In this document: positions 1 to 14,394 of the stretch, piece by piece
Position numbering within the stretch: position 1 is the first letter of the stretch
Layout: the number at the start of each line of letters is the position of its first letter
Source: Eledone cirrhosa
Taxonomy: Eukaryota
Length of the DNA: 64,000 bases
Direction of reading: 5' to 3'
Assembly (NCBI GenBank): GCA_964016885.1
Contig: OZ024740.1
Location: 372,248,001 to 372,312,000, forward strand
Made by a program: the position numbers and the translations under genes
The notes under the pieces: generated by a model
The model's database searches: none
Told to the model about the DNA's origin: nothing
The model's input: the letters and a program-made list of their open reading frames with translations, nothing else

Positions 1-499
1 TAATATTGTTATTAAAGTGCGTTTGAATATTTGGTAATTAACATTAGTATATGTAAGATTTACACATAAGATACATGAGAACTAAGCAAAATATTTTCAT
101 ATATCTTCATTGACTTTTACGCGAAACAAAAAGGTACAATACTGATTGATTCCACCTCCCTCATTCAACTTCGGTTTTTCTCCCTTTTTATTGTCATAAG
201 TTTTCATCATTTTAATTCTCCCTTGTATATGTAAAGGTTTTAATTTCACTTTTTTGTGATTTTTACAAAAATCACATTCATATGTCACAGAGATGGCGTC
301 TCCTCATTTTTCAATGGCGTTTTCCTTTTACTCACATCATCTAAATAACAATATCAGTTTTACCATACGCGTTTGTTGCACCCTCTTTCGTTTTGGTTCA
401 CACAGCTTTCCAAAAGATGATATTAATATTGCGAGGTCATAATTATATTCGAATCGGATTGAATCCCTGGTCGTTTTATTATAATAAAATTCAATTATG

Positions 500-537
<38 letters not shown>

Positions 538-988
538 GTACTGTCAATCATTCTGCTCCACAATATTTCAATTAAAACAATTTCGTGATTTTGCTTCTAA
601 ATGCGAAGTTTGTTTAGATAACTAAACAGAAATAATAGGTAAAACAGCATCCATACAAGAAGGTGAAGAAAAACACGACACACCTCATTATCATCATCGT
701 TTAAATTACAGAAATGATAAAAATATCTAAATATAAATGAAGCCTTGATATACGTACATAGTAACGCAAACATTTGGAAGGGCCCCCACCTCACACACAC
801 ACTCACACTCACACACGCACATATGTACTATGTGTAAAGGTGTTTTATGGTATACACTATTTAAGTGCATGTCTTTTATAAGTAAACGTATATTCTTCAA
901 AATTGATGTTATAGGATAATATATCCACCTGTGAGTATATGAATATGTACCTATAAATATGCACCTACATATATATATATATGTATTG

Positions 989-1069
<81 letters not shown>

Positions 1070-1224
1070 GTATATATTTACATATATCTTTGTATGAAAT
1101 TATGTGTCCACATGTTGATGGAATCATACATATATATGAGAGCACATGGATATTCTGATAGTCCTGGTCAACATACCAACACACACACACACAGACACCC
1201 ACCCACCACACCACACACACACAC

Positions 1225-1257
<33 letters not shown>

Positions 1258-1544
1258 TGTGTGTGTGCTAATAAGAAGGGCATGAACACTTATATTCTAT
1301 TACTGTGTACGTATCGACCGCGATTTAAACACGGTCAAGCAAGGGCACCTAATCAACATTATGGATATGATAATAACATTTCTAAACCAACAACAACAGT
1401 AGTAAAAAACAATACTTTTAACAGTAATATAATAATAATAGTTATTAATATCAGTATTTGTAGTATTTGTAGTAGTTATAGTAGAAGTATTAGTTGTTAT
1501 TATATTATTGCATTACATATAGGACATGGTTTTGAGGTATTTAG

Positions 1545-1760
1545 CTACATCAATTCTGTTCTGAGTACAAATCCTACCATGATTGTGACTTTCAATCATA
1601 CTATCGGGGTTCGATAAGATGAGTAATGGCAAAATGAATTAGCCCTATAACATATGTGGCTCGATAAAATAAAGTACCAGTCACGTACTGGTGACGATTT
1701 AATCAACTTTTCCTTACCCCAAAATTACTAGCATTGTGCCTATAATAGAAATAGAAATAA
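1545..1760 (+). mobile_element. Degenerate tRNA-derived SINE remnant(s)
   Basis: Contains ctgagtacaaatcc (B-box-like), tcgataaaataaagtaccag and ttgtgcctataatagaaa followed by an (ATT)n tail, matching the SINE family described below. Confidence 0.6.
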
Positions 1761-2315
1761 TTATTGTTGTTGTTATTATTATTATTATTACAGTTGCATT
1801 TATCTTGCTTTATGTTCATACGAGTTATCACCAAGTCACATAATTATCATCATCATCATCATCATCATGATCATCATCATTATTATTATTATTATTAGCA
1901 TTTTCATTGTGTTCTGTCAGTACATTAACAAGCACAGCTCTGTGTCTCTCTATGTTTAAATAAAAAAGCAAACAGAAAACAACTTTTTTTCATAATAATT
2001 TCTTTTAGATTTATCATTGTCTTTTGACAAGGCACACAGACAAACCTTTTCTGTAACAATAATTTTAATTAAATAATGTTCTGCTCTCATAATTTAACGT
2101 TGTTTATTTCAATTCATATATTTCGATATAGAACTTTGAAAGTACAATTAGAAAGATAGTCTGTGGGCTTTATTGAGTGTCCCTTTCTGCTCTTAGCTAT
2201 TTTAGCCACCTATGTTTAGAGTAATAAAGAGAACGTTGTCGAAAGGAATTAATTAGAAACACGGCAACTTGATTACCATAATCGTTAAGTATATCATTCA
2301 ATATATTGAACTACG

Positions 2316-2316
<1 letters not shown>

Positions 2317-2410
<94 letters not shown>

Positions 2411-2430
2411 AACAATAATAATAATAATTA
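2317..2430. repeat. (AAT)n microsatellite
   Basis: Seen directly. Confidence 0.95.
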
Positions 2431-2439
2431 TTGTTATAA

Positions 2440-3510
2440 CCTATCCGAAGGAGTTGGTATATTATGCAATGAAATATCTATTTTAGGTCTACAAAAATCT
2501 TTAATAAAAAATATCTAAAGTTAAAACAAATCACCACGAAATATTTAGAAAACAAAAAGCCAATATATATATATATTTATAGATTTCTGTCTACAGGGAA
2601 GTCAACAAATTCAAAACAAAAATCTTAATTGACAAATATTTATTTAGAAAATGAAAAACAAAGAAGGAACAATACCAGAAATAGTGAAAACGATAAAAAT
2701 CTAACTCATGAACATATCCCTAAAATGCCATTCTAAAACGATGGTAAGTAAAACCCTACTTGTTCAATACACGAAAAAGTTGAATAGGGAGGATCCGATA
2801 ACCAAAATTTATAAAACTGGCTAAAAAGTGCTGAACTAAAAACCCCAAACTAAAGCATTTCTAATTGCAGCACATTGTTTCTGACTGCCCAGTCTTGGCC
2901 CCAAAAGAATATATCCACGTGCATCAGAGAGGTGGACATTACTTACAGTGGAAGCTATACCAACACTACAAAATAGTAACAGAAACAAGATGGTACACAC
3001 ATACATAAGAAAACGTCTCAGAGAATGATAAAGCAACCACTTTCTGGGCTTTGTCAATACACAGACAGAAAAATCAAAGCTGACCGATCAGATGTAGCCA
3101 AAACCCACAAAGAAAATATGCTTTCTAATTAACTTCTCAACCCCCAGAGAGAATAACATACCTAATAAATATATATCTGACGTGGAATTGAAGAAATAAC
3201 TCAAATATAAAGACCTGGAGATAGAAATAACTCGGATTTTCGATAATGAAAACAGAAACTAACCCAATATCAATAGGTGCTATGGGATCGATAAGAATAC
3301 ACAGACAGATGTATAATCAAAACACCAGAGCCTACAAATATATACATTATACAGAAAATAGCACTTCTAGGCACTGCATACATATTACCAAGAATACTCT
3401 CAATAATATAGAAGCAATAACATTAAAAAGAACGCTAAACATAGTCATGGTGCACAGAGCTTTCCTCAGTAATGTTGTGACGAAACGTATTAAAAATAAT
3501 ACTAATGATT
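2440..3510 (+). mobile_element. Decayed 3' fragment of an R4/Dong-like (RLE) non-LTR retrotransposon
   Basis: Frameshifted peptides YKDLEIEITR, KTETNPISIGAMG and IQKIALLGTAYIL-like are typical of the C-terminal RLE region of R4-clade LINEs. Flanked by TAA-rich repeats. Confidence 0.65.
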
Positions 3511-3534
3511 ATAATTCATTGTAAGATTGATATA

Positions 3535-3765
3535 GGGCTACCGATTTTTGGACGAAGAAAAAGTCGATCATATCGACCCCAACACACGACTGGTACTTTA
3601 TTTTATCGACCTTGGATGGATGAAAGGCAAAAGTTGACCTCGGTGGGTTTTGAATCCAGAATGTAAAAAACTAGAAGAAATATTTCATAGAATTTATTCA
3701 ACGCTCTAAGAATTCATCCAATCTTCCAGCCATATGGTAATGATGATATTGATGGTGATGATGAC

Positions 3766-3852
<87 letters not shown>

Positions 3853-4119
3853 TGTTTCTACTTTAGGCACAAGGCCAGCAATTACCCAGTGCATTACTAG
3901 TACTTTATTTTATCGACCCCGTAAGGATGAAAGGCAAAGTTAACCTCGGCGGGATTTGAACTCAGAATGGCAAGGACCGTAACTCTATGCGTCAAAGCAT
4001 GGCATCCGACCCTCTACCGATACTGCCAATCCACCGCCCTTATATAATGGTTCCTTATATAAGCACAAGGCCAGCAATTTTGGGGGAGGGGAAAGTCGAT
4101 TAAATCGCCCCCAGTACGT

Positions 4120-4173
<54 letters not shown>

Positions 4174-4885
4174 TGCCTCAGGTGCGAGGTTGACACTCGG
4201 CATGATTTGGGAAAGAAGCAGAACTCAAGTGAAGTTTCAGATCATTATAATAATAGTAATAATAAAAAGACGATAACATTAATAATTGTTTCTACTTTCG
4301 ACACAAGGCCAACAATTCACCAGTACATCACTAGTACTTTATTTTATCGACCTCGTAAGGATGAAAGGCAAAGTTAACCTCGGCGGGACTTGAATTCAGA
4401 TCGTAAAGGGACGTAACTATGCTATATATCATGTCCGACCCTCTACCAATTCTGCCAATCCACCGCCCTGATAACATTATTTAATAACATTAATAATAAT
4501 AATTGTTTCTACTTTACGTACAAGGCCAGCAATTACCCAGTGTATTACTGGTACTTTATTTTATCGATCCCGTAAGGATGAAAGGCAAAGTCAACCTCGG
4601 CGGGATTTGAACTCAGATCGTAAAGGGACGTAACTATGCTGGAAAGCATGGCGTCCGACCCTCTACTGATACTGCCAATCCACCGCAATAATAATAATTG
4701 TTATGATGCTTTAATGTATAGGCACAAGGGCAGATGTTTTGTGGGGAGGTGTTATCAGATTGATTCGACGCCAGGATTAGAGCGATACTTTAGTTTATCG
4801 ACCCCAGAAGGATGAAAGTCATATTGGACTTCGGTGGGGCGTGAGCTCAGAAAATAAAGATATAGAATGAATAGTGCTCTACCAA
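3535..4885 (-). mobile_element. Cluster of five or six copies of a tRNA-derived SINE (~3535-3731, 3851-4040, fragment 4060-4118, 4283-4469, 4500-4686, 4720-4885) separated by (ATA)n/(ATG)n tracts
   Basis: On the minus strand: A box TGGCAG(T/A)ATyGG, B box GAGTTCAAATCC, central GCCTTTCATCCTTACGGGGTCGATAAA (resembles the Meta/MESC SINE domain, from memory) and an (ATT)n tail. Confidence 0.88.
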
Positions 4886-4972
4886 TTATGATGTTGGCGA
4901 TGATAATAATAGTAACAACCACAACAGCAACAAGAACAATAACACCAATAGCAGCAAAACAAGAAAAGCAAC

Positions 4973-5011
<39 letters not shown>

Positions 5012-5058
5012 CTTTCCAGTTAACTAACATCAATGACTGAGACTCAAAGAGTAATAAC

Positions 5059-5091
<33 letters not shown>

Positions 5092-5409
5092 CATAACAAT
5101 TCTAATAATAATATTAATACTTTTAGATTTCGGCTTCGAACATTTGTCATTGTTTCTTAATATAATCAAAGTTATCAGGATCACCCTGATGAAGATTGTG
5201 ATGATGATACACGTTGGAGTCATCCTCATATATAGATTGTTGAATGATTATAAGATTACCTATACCAAATAGCAATAACTTATGCGTAACTTCAGTTTCT
5301 TCATACTAAACATCATAGTGTTCACGGTAAACAAACTACAGCGTTGGTTGTATCAATTTAATGATGATAATAATAATAACAATAATAATAATAATAATAA
5401 TAATAACGA

Positions 5410-5459
<50 letters not shown>

Positions 5460-6379
5460 AATATTTCTTTTATTGGCCGCAAGTGCGCACGACGTCTGGG
5501 ACTATACAAATACAATAGATTAAATATCACTACGAATACTATAACTTTCTCCAACTAATTCATATTTATGTATCAGAGCTTGAGTTGTTTTGATATTAAT
5601 GTTTTTCCTTAAATAGACTGTATATGAAGTAACATCATTACTTCAAGCAGAAATCGTGTTTGCCCTACAAACTGAGTGAAAGCCTGCAGCTTCATAACTG
5701 TGTTGCACACTGCCATTGATATTTCATTTCGTATTAGTATAATTAATATTTCTATACATCATCACATAATATTTATAGTAGAAGTAGACATTATCATAAT
5801 TTTTGTCAATATCATTCTATTCATCATCATCGTTAACAGCTACAGCAGTATAATCATTCTCATTTATTTCACCATCGTAACTATTCATCCGTATCGTCAT
5901 ATATCGCACTGATTTTAAATTCTTCGTTAACTTTATCATGATTGTCATCAAAATCCTTATCCATACCCATCTCTCCTTCTCACCAATATCCACATCATGA
6001 AAAGTATAATTGAGATTATTCGTCTTCGTGGATTGTGTTTCCTGTATCTAGAGATAACTTACCCCTATCTTCTTTTCATACATATCCACAATTGATTACT
6101 GAAATTATGAGTTTTGTGTTCAAACTTTACTCCATCAATCAACATATAATTTACACCCCTGTACATATGATTTAGACAGCTAAGAGATGCCCCTCAGAGA
6201 ATTGGTGTAATTGAAAAATAGGAAGTTCTCGAGATCATCATCTTTTCCGTGGGTGCTTTAGTGACACTTCTAAGTTGGTTTTGGTGATAGTCTACAGGAT
6301 GTAATTCAGAACTATTTTAATTATTGTATGTATGTATGTATTGATGTACGAATGTCTGTATCTACATATCTGCATAACC

Positions 6380-6610
6380 ATAATCCTACCTACCTGCCTA
6401 CTTACCTATCTATGTACCTACATACTAATCTACCAGATTACATACCAAAATACTTGCATACTGATCTACCTCCCTCCCTAATTACCTAATAACCTACCTA
6501 CCTACCTACCTACCTACCTACCTACCTACCTACCTACCTACCAACCTACCTACCTACCTGTCCTTTCTGTCTCGTTATCTATCTACCTACTTACGTAACT
6601 ACCTATCTAC
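6380..6610. repeat. (CCTA)n microsatellite, degenerate at the edges
   Basis: Seen directly. Confidence 0.9.
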
Positions 6611-7539
6611 TTGTATAAGTATCAATAGGTCCTGGATAGTTTTCATTGTTCCATTCTTCTACAAATAATTTCTTCTCGCTACCAGTAATACATTACTTCG
6701 TCTTTCTTAATTACAACTATCAATTAAATATTTAACAAATATTTTCTACGAGGCCAACACAATATCAAAATGTTTAACTATACATACTTTTAACAACATT
6801 CTTTATTTTGGAAGCATTAAGTAGAAAGCAAACGGTGGTTGCTTGGTTCCTCATTATGAGGACTAAGCTTAGGGAAAAATGTTGAGTTTGCATTTGGAAT
6901 AATCAAGTTATTGAATTTCGTTTACATCTATTTATCAATATCTAGCTAGTAACGTCTCATGTTTTATAAGATCGAACATTAACTTCAGGCTAATGTCCAA
7001 AGACACGGCTTCTTCCAAACCATCACACATTATAATGTGAGCCCGAAAGCTTAAATAACATAAATGCTGTTGATATTGCTGTTGATGGTGCTGTTATTAT
7101 TTATAATGTTGTTATTATGCTTGTTATTATTTATAATGGCATTCCTGATGGCACTTGGCACTTAAGAAGAGGAAGGATGAAAAAGAAAATATTTATGACG
7201 ATGGTAATTATAACAGCGATGATGTCGCGAATAAGGGTGATGGTGATTACGATCATGATCATGCTATTGATGATAAGCGAAATAGCACTTCTAACTTCAC
7301 TAGCAAGTAATTCACGAAGATAAGTAATCATAAATGGTATAAGGACTCAAAAGATGGAAAGGAGTGTCAGAGAGAGATATAGACATATAGGTTAATAATA
7401 GATATAGAAATAGATCAAGGGAAGGAATAAAGATTCGCAAATCAATTTTTAAATTTCGTAATTTTAAATTAAAAAGAAAGAAACCCTGTCTCTTCACAAG
7501 TGTATTAGAGTTATATATGCTGCACACACAAACACACAC

Positions 7540-7635
<96 letters not shown>

Positions 7636-7645
7636 ATATATATAT

Positions 7646-7693
<48 letters not shown>

Positions 7694-7856
7694 AATATAT
7701 ATATTATATATAAATATATATATACTATATATATATGTTATATATATATGAATATATATTATATAAATAAATATTATATATATATATATAATATATATAT
7801 ATAATATATATATATATTATATATATATATATTATATGTTTATATATTATATATAC

Positions 7857-7913
<57 letters not shown>

Positions 7914-8010
7914 ATATATATATATAATATATATATATATATTATATATATATATTATATGTATATATATTATATATACATAGATTATATATATATATAT
8001 TATATATATA

Positions 8011-8092
<82 letters not shown>

Positions 8093-8265
8093 ATATATAT
8101 AAATATTATATATATATATAGATATATATATATATTATATATATATATATATATACTATATATATATATTATATATATATATATATATTATATATATAAT
8201 ATATGTATATATATATTATATATATTATATATATAATATATGTATATATATATATTATATATATT

Positions 8266-8296
<31 letters not shown>

Positions 8297-8461
8297 TCTA
8301 TATTTATATATATATATATAATATATATATATATTATATTATATATATATTATATATATATATATAATATATATATATATTCTCTCTCTCAATATATAAT
8401 ATATATATATATATATATAATAATATATATATATATAGTATATATATATATAATATATATA

Positions 8462-8538
<77 letters not shown>

Positions 8539-8554
8539 ATAGTATATATATATA

Positions 8555-8603
<49 letters not shown>

Positions 8604-8733
8604 ATATATATATTATATTATATATATATATTATAGTATATTATATATATATATATATTATATATATATATATTATAATATATATATATAATATATATAT
8701 AATATATATGTATATTTTATATTATATATATAT

Positions 8734-8818
<85 letters not shown>

Positions 8819-8841
8819 TATATATATATATTATATATATG

Positions 8842-8910
<69 letters not shown>

Positions 8911-9151
8911 ATATTATAATATATATATATATATATAATATATATATAATATATATATATATTATATTACATATATATATTATATTATATATAATATATA
9001 TAATATATATATACATATATATAATATATATATATATATTATATATGTATATATATTATATATATTATATATATGTATATATATTATATATATTATATAT
9101 ATGTATATATATATTATATATATCTATATATATATATTATATATATGTATA

Positions 9152-9189
<38 letters not shown>

Positions 9190-9211
9190 TAATATATATA
9201 TATATATATAA

Positions 9212-9251
<40 letters not shown>

Positions 9252-9493
9252 ATATATGTATATATATATATAATATATATATATATAATGTATATAATTA
9301 TGTATATATGTATATATATTAAATATATATATATATAATATATATACATATATATATATATATGTATATATATTAAATATATATATATATAATATATATA
9401 CATATATATATATATAATATTTATATATATATATACATATATATAATATATATATATATAATATATATACATATATAATATATATATATATAA

Positions 9494-9532
<39 letters not shown>

Positions 9533-9794
9533 GTATATAATATATGTATATATATATATAATATATATATATATATGTATATAATATATATATATTATAT
9601 GTATATATATATATATCTACTATACATATATAATATGTATATAATATATATATAAATAATATATATATATATAATATAAATACTATATGTATATATATAT
9701 GTATATATAATATAAATACTATACATATATATTTATATATATATATATGTATATTTATATATAAGTATGTATATATGATATATATATATATAAG

Positions 9795-9857
<63 letters not shown>

Positions 9858-9862
9858 CTATG

Positions 9863-9909
<47 letters not shown>

Positions 9910-9945
9910 CTATGTATATATATATATGTATATATATATATTAAT
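7540..9945. repeat. ~2.4 kb interrupted (TA)n tract
   Basis: Almost pure alternating A/T with frequent one-base phase slips. Confidence 0.97.
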
Positions 9946-10009
9946 ATTCATCTAAGCATATATTTAATACAAATTCGTCTAATCCTTTTGGGGTGTAAAT
10001 AATCACCTT

Positions 10010-10010
10010 G

Positions 10011-10081
<71 letters not shown>

Positions 10082-10121
10082 GTTGTTGTTGTTGTTGTAG
10101 ATGCTGTTATTATTATTATTA

Positions 10122-10152
<31 letters not shown>

Positions 10153-10170
10153 GATTATTATTATGATTAT
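10010..10170. repeat. (ATT)n/(GTT)n compound microsatellite
   Basis: Seen directly. Confidence 0.92.
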
Positions 10171-10404
10171 TTTTATATGGTTGATTTAAGTGAGTCGTGT
10201 TTTATCTTCGTTATAACAGCTGTCTTCAAAATATATATAATGAAAATTGTAAAAAAAGAAACTTCAATAATAATAACAATAATTAAAAATTATCAAATTT
10301 CTTTAAAAAAAATAATATTCCTTGTTTTCGCTCTTTTTGGAAATTGATCTAATTTTGGTCAGTTAAATTATGTCATCAATCCATTTTCATTTCTCTACTG
10401 ACAT

Positions 10405-10490
10405 TTTATTCACAATACTTGTTCAACGTCGAAAGAATGTTCATACAGTTCAAGAATTGTGTGAGAACATTATGGACTCATACTTTTATT
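10405..10490 (-). promoter_or_regulatory. Candidate polyadenylation signals (AATAAA at 10485-10490 and 10405-10410, minus strand) for the nAChR-like transcript
   Basis: TTTATT on the plus strand 0.67-0.75 kb past the stop codon. The hexamer is common in AT-rich DNA, so support is weak. Confidence 0.25.
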
Positions 10491-11157
10491 GGATAGTATA
10501 ATTCAGCGAAAAATTTGACTTCAGTTTACTCTATGTTATACGAGCAATGCTTTTCTAACACTCACAGATTTTTGTTGCTTTTCAAAATTTTGACAAGTTT
10601 CCAAATCTTTATCTTTCATTAATTTTCTGGAATTCTGTGTGATATATAACAATCAACGAAACTTTTTTAAAAAGTAAGATGACATAATCATTTCCTTCTT
10701 TCTTCATTGAAGTTCAATGCTAGACTGAAATTATATTTTACACTTGACCAACTATGTTTTAACTCTATGTGCTTTTAATCATAGAGCAGAAACACGAAGA
10801 AATAAAACACAATAATAGTAATATTAATATTAATGGTAAAAATTAAAAAAAATGAATATGATGATAGTCATAGTAATAATAATATTAACAACTCTAATAA
10901 CCATATAACATAATTATTAAAAACTATATTCATTTTTCATTCTTAACAAGTAAGAATTTGTGTGGATGCCTCATGGCTGTTTAACAAACCAAACCTTTCG
11001 CATGTTCTTGCGTATGTATTCCTCTCTTGTATACTTAAGAAGCTCAGTTTTGGTAACTGACATAAAACTTCCTCTAGCAATTTAGGTGCATTGTCCCAAA
11101 ATTAGACCATGAATTTTGTTTTCATTTTTAATCCAATAGAAGTTTTAAAACACCCTT

Positions 11158-11487
11158 TCAAGGTCCTTGGAAAAAAACTGTTAAAGTTACGGTAATTGTA
11201 AGTCCTAGAAATATAAGGAGCAGTACTCTGTCTATTATCAACGCCAACTGTTGCCATTCTTGTTTGATGAGGTCACGTCGGTCTTGCTCAGCCAGTCTCA
11301 TTTCATTGCGTTCAATGGTTTGATAGACTTTTTGGAGGACACGCATGAATTGCCTTTCGAAAGTCTCGCTGGCTGAAGCGGAAGCCGAGGGATTCAATTT
11401 TCGAATAAATCTTGGGGAAAGTCGGCCATTTTCTGGAAGTTTGTCGGTATCAAAACGTCTATAATAATCCGCTACAGGGGCTGCTGG
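11158..11487 (-). CDS. Terminal coding exon (end of M3-M4 loop, MA helix, M4) of a Cys-loop/nicotinic acetylcholine receptor-like subunit
   Basis: Acceptor tttctcttttcag ends at 11488 on the minus strand. Open frame PAAPVADYYRRFDTDKLPENGRLSPRFIRKLNPSASASASETFERQFMRVLQKVYQTIERNEMRLAEQDRRDLIKQEWQQLALIIDRVLLLIFLGLTITVTLTVFFQGP*. EWxxxAxxIDR followed by a hydrophobic helix is the nAChR MA-M4 signature. Phase 0 matches the upstream exon. Confidence 0.93.
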   Translation of the reverse strand, partial: PAAPVADYYRRFDTDKLPENGRLSPRFIRKLNPSASASASETFERQFMRVLQKVYQTIERNEMRLAEQDRRDLIKQEWQQLALIIDRVLLLIFLGLTITVTLTVFFQGP

Positions 11488-12252
11488 CTGAAAAGAGAAA
11501 GCAAATAAAAACCAACAATAAATATATTTATATTCTTATTATTCTGTTTGAAAACGGAAGCATTATTGCAAAGAAAGAAACAGAATATATAGCTTTGCTT
11601 TATGTTATGAAGCGTTGGAATTAGCATATATATATATATATATAAATATACAATAAACATTGCTGGCACATAAACACACACATATATATATATATATATA
11701 TGTTTGTTTAATAAATTCTAGTCGAGAGCTTTATTCGGTTTGTGGAATGGAATTTATTCCTTTGTTCACAATTTGAATTCGACCGCCAAAAACCGGGGTG
11801 AAAACCACGTGACCGCCAGCAGTTTACTGTTACGATTCACACCCGCTCGCGGCACAGAACGGAAACCTGTTGATAAAGTGAATCCACTGTTCGATCATCC
11901 AAAACGTAAAACTTGCATACTGCGCAAGCGGAATTGGTGATTCATAGAAACCTATCGGAGATATTGCTTAATATCGATGAGATGGTCCAGATTTGGTCAA
12001 TTTACCTGAGTTTGTTTTCTCGTTGCTTTGGTTCATGCGGCTGGGTCACCGGTCACAGTCTTCAATTTGTCAAGCTTTCTAACGTATGTTATTACTCTAA
12101 GGTGACACAACATTATCGAGTGCTTTGCTGCACATTCCTGATTGTATATCGTTAGCTTGGCCACAACCAAAAATTCGATTTTACTAAACTTCCATTTGTA
12201 TATATATTGTATATATATTGGAAAAATGTGTAAAATCCTTGGTACAGTTAGA

Positions 12253-12443
12253 TATATTTGAAAAAAGGAAAAGAATGACTTCACTTGTAGTTCTAAGCAA
12301 TTTAATTTAATTTTGTAATATTATAATTTTACAATTTAGTTTTGTAGATGTATTGTAAAATTGTAAAATTATAATAATACAAAATTAAAACAAATTGTTT
12401 AGAACTACAAGTGAAGTCATTCCTTTCCTTTTTTCAAATATAT
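12253..12443. repeat. ~80-bp-arm inverted repeat (foldback)
   Basis: tatatttgaaaaaaggaaaagaatgacttcacttgtagttctaa...ataattttacaa pairs with ttgtaaaattat...ttagaactacaagtgaagtcattcctttccttttttcaaatata. Confidence 0.85.
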
Positions 12444-14301
12444 ATACATAATATAGAAATGGCTTCTACAGGATTAGAACTGTTTCATTCGGGAGAAATC
12501 ATCATCATATATATATATATGTTGTCATAACTTCATAAGAGATTCAAGCAGACTTTTTATTATCGTGTCAACATCTACACGGTTTTGGTTTCTATACAGT
12601 GCCACGAGTAAACTTCTTGTAAACTATATGTACTGGTAATATCACCACACATTTTCCTTCTCTCTAGGAGCTTACACATGCTACTAAAGTAATATTGCAA
12701 TTATTTTCTTGACCAGTCCACAGGTCTCTAAGTAATAAACCTCACATGCATTTGGGTAATTGATGACAGAAATTAAAGCTAAATGAGTTGAATTCAAACA
12801 CAATTGCTTATGATGACGTAGATACATTAAACATTCTCATAAATATGTGATTTTTAACACGTAAGAAAATCATTGTAAACATTTTTTAATGTGATAAGTT
12901 TTGTTGTATAAAAGCATGTAAAGGTTTTGAAAGAATATTTAATATAGGATTAATTTGATGTGAAAGAATATTGAATAATCCTTAGTATTCAGGGAGCAAC
13001 ACAGATACTTGGGTCAAGTTACATTACTATTCAGGGATATTCACAGAAACGTAAATGCATATCCACAAATATGTCATACTATATACACTATTTAAGAGTT
13101 AATGTTGCGTAGAGCATCAATACGAATATTATCACGAATAGAATATATTGCAAAATCTGGTATTTCAGTAAGTGAACAGATCTTGATTTGAAAGTATCTT
13201 ATCTTTTATGTGTGTATGAAGAACTGGGGTCAACGCTTACATGAAATGAATGTGAAAATTCTGGATTCTTTCGTCAGAGATAGATGGATGAATTTAATTT
13301 AAGAACAGCTTTGTATGATATATACTTTCGAGGATTGGTGAAGTTACTTTAAACTACTTAAATTAATGTCGTCTATTTTCAGTAGCTCATCAAGTAAATA
13401 CCGATGAATAAATTTGACATGTTGAGAGTATGTAGTTTAATAGAGGCAAATGGGAGATATTCTTAGGAATGAAACGAAATGGGGAAGGACGTGTGGAAAA
13501 GATGAAGTTAAAAATGAGCTAACTCGAAAATGGAAGACATCAAAATGCATTTGGGTTTGAGAGAAAATAATAATAGAAGTAAAGCAAATGAAAATAATGG
13601 AATGAATCGGCGTGAATGAGAGAAATGAGCAAAGGTGATAAATAATAGAAATGTCTCAAATGTAAATGCAGTCGTAAAGAGAAAAGGAAAAAGAATGAAA
13701 TTATGTTAAAATTGCTAACCCAGAGAAGAGAAAATGTAGTTGCAATAAAAATAGCGAAGAAGCTGATAATATATGTCAGTATAAAGAAGTGCAATTAGAA
13801 GACATTTACGTCGAATAAAGAACTGAAATACCATTATGTTCTCCCCGATAAGGATCTAGCTTGAAAAAAGAAATATGTAGCAAATATATTTGAAGATTGA
13901 TGCAGCAGTCAAGTTAAATATATTTTTAGTGTTGCTTTAGCTTTATGTCATTGTATTATAACAAGCCACACTTTGTTTTGGCATGTGATGTTCAAGTGCC
14001 AAAATAAGAATAGCTTTGATATAGATAAACCCAACAACTTTAAGAGTACAACTTACAGAGTGGCAATCACGTGATTCCTATCTAACTTTACCAATGTCAC
14101 TAATATCAGAGGGCAGGTTGTGTAATATACTTACTAAAGAAAACTGAGAGTAACTAAGATTATACTTGAAATAATAAGAAAAAAATCCCTCTGTTCTTGT
14201 TTAAAATTTAATAACGTCTATTAAGATTAATTTAACAAATATATATGAAAATATAGACGCTACAGATCTGAGTGTATCATTTCTTTGAAACCTATTCAAA
14301 T

Positions 14302-14351
<50 letters not shown>

Positions 14352-14394
14352 ATAACAGGAGGCTGGACTGGTGTAAATCCTTGAAAGGTTTATT

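Noticed and set aside
3851-4686. tRNA genes or a CRISPR-like repeat array
   Set aside because: The A/B boxes belong to SINE heads without a full cloverleaf. Units are ~185-bp SINEs with microsatellite spacers, in a eukaryotic context with no cas genes.
2440-4885. SINE as the non-autonomous partner of the adjacent R4-like LINE
   Set aside because: No shared 3' sequence seen, and the sense-strand tails differ ((ATT)n vs TAA-rich).
12462-12510. Minus-strand ATGATGA...GAAAcagttcTA (similar piece at 57750-57785)
   Set aside because: Core incomplete and stem I unpaired; probably truncated PLE ends, not counted.
12740-14150. Possible decayed DNA transposon in the intron
   Set aside because: I could not identify transposase motifs, TIRs or a TSD by eye.
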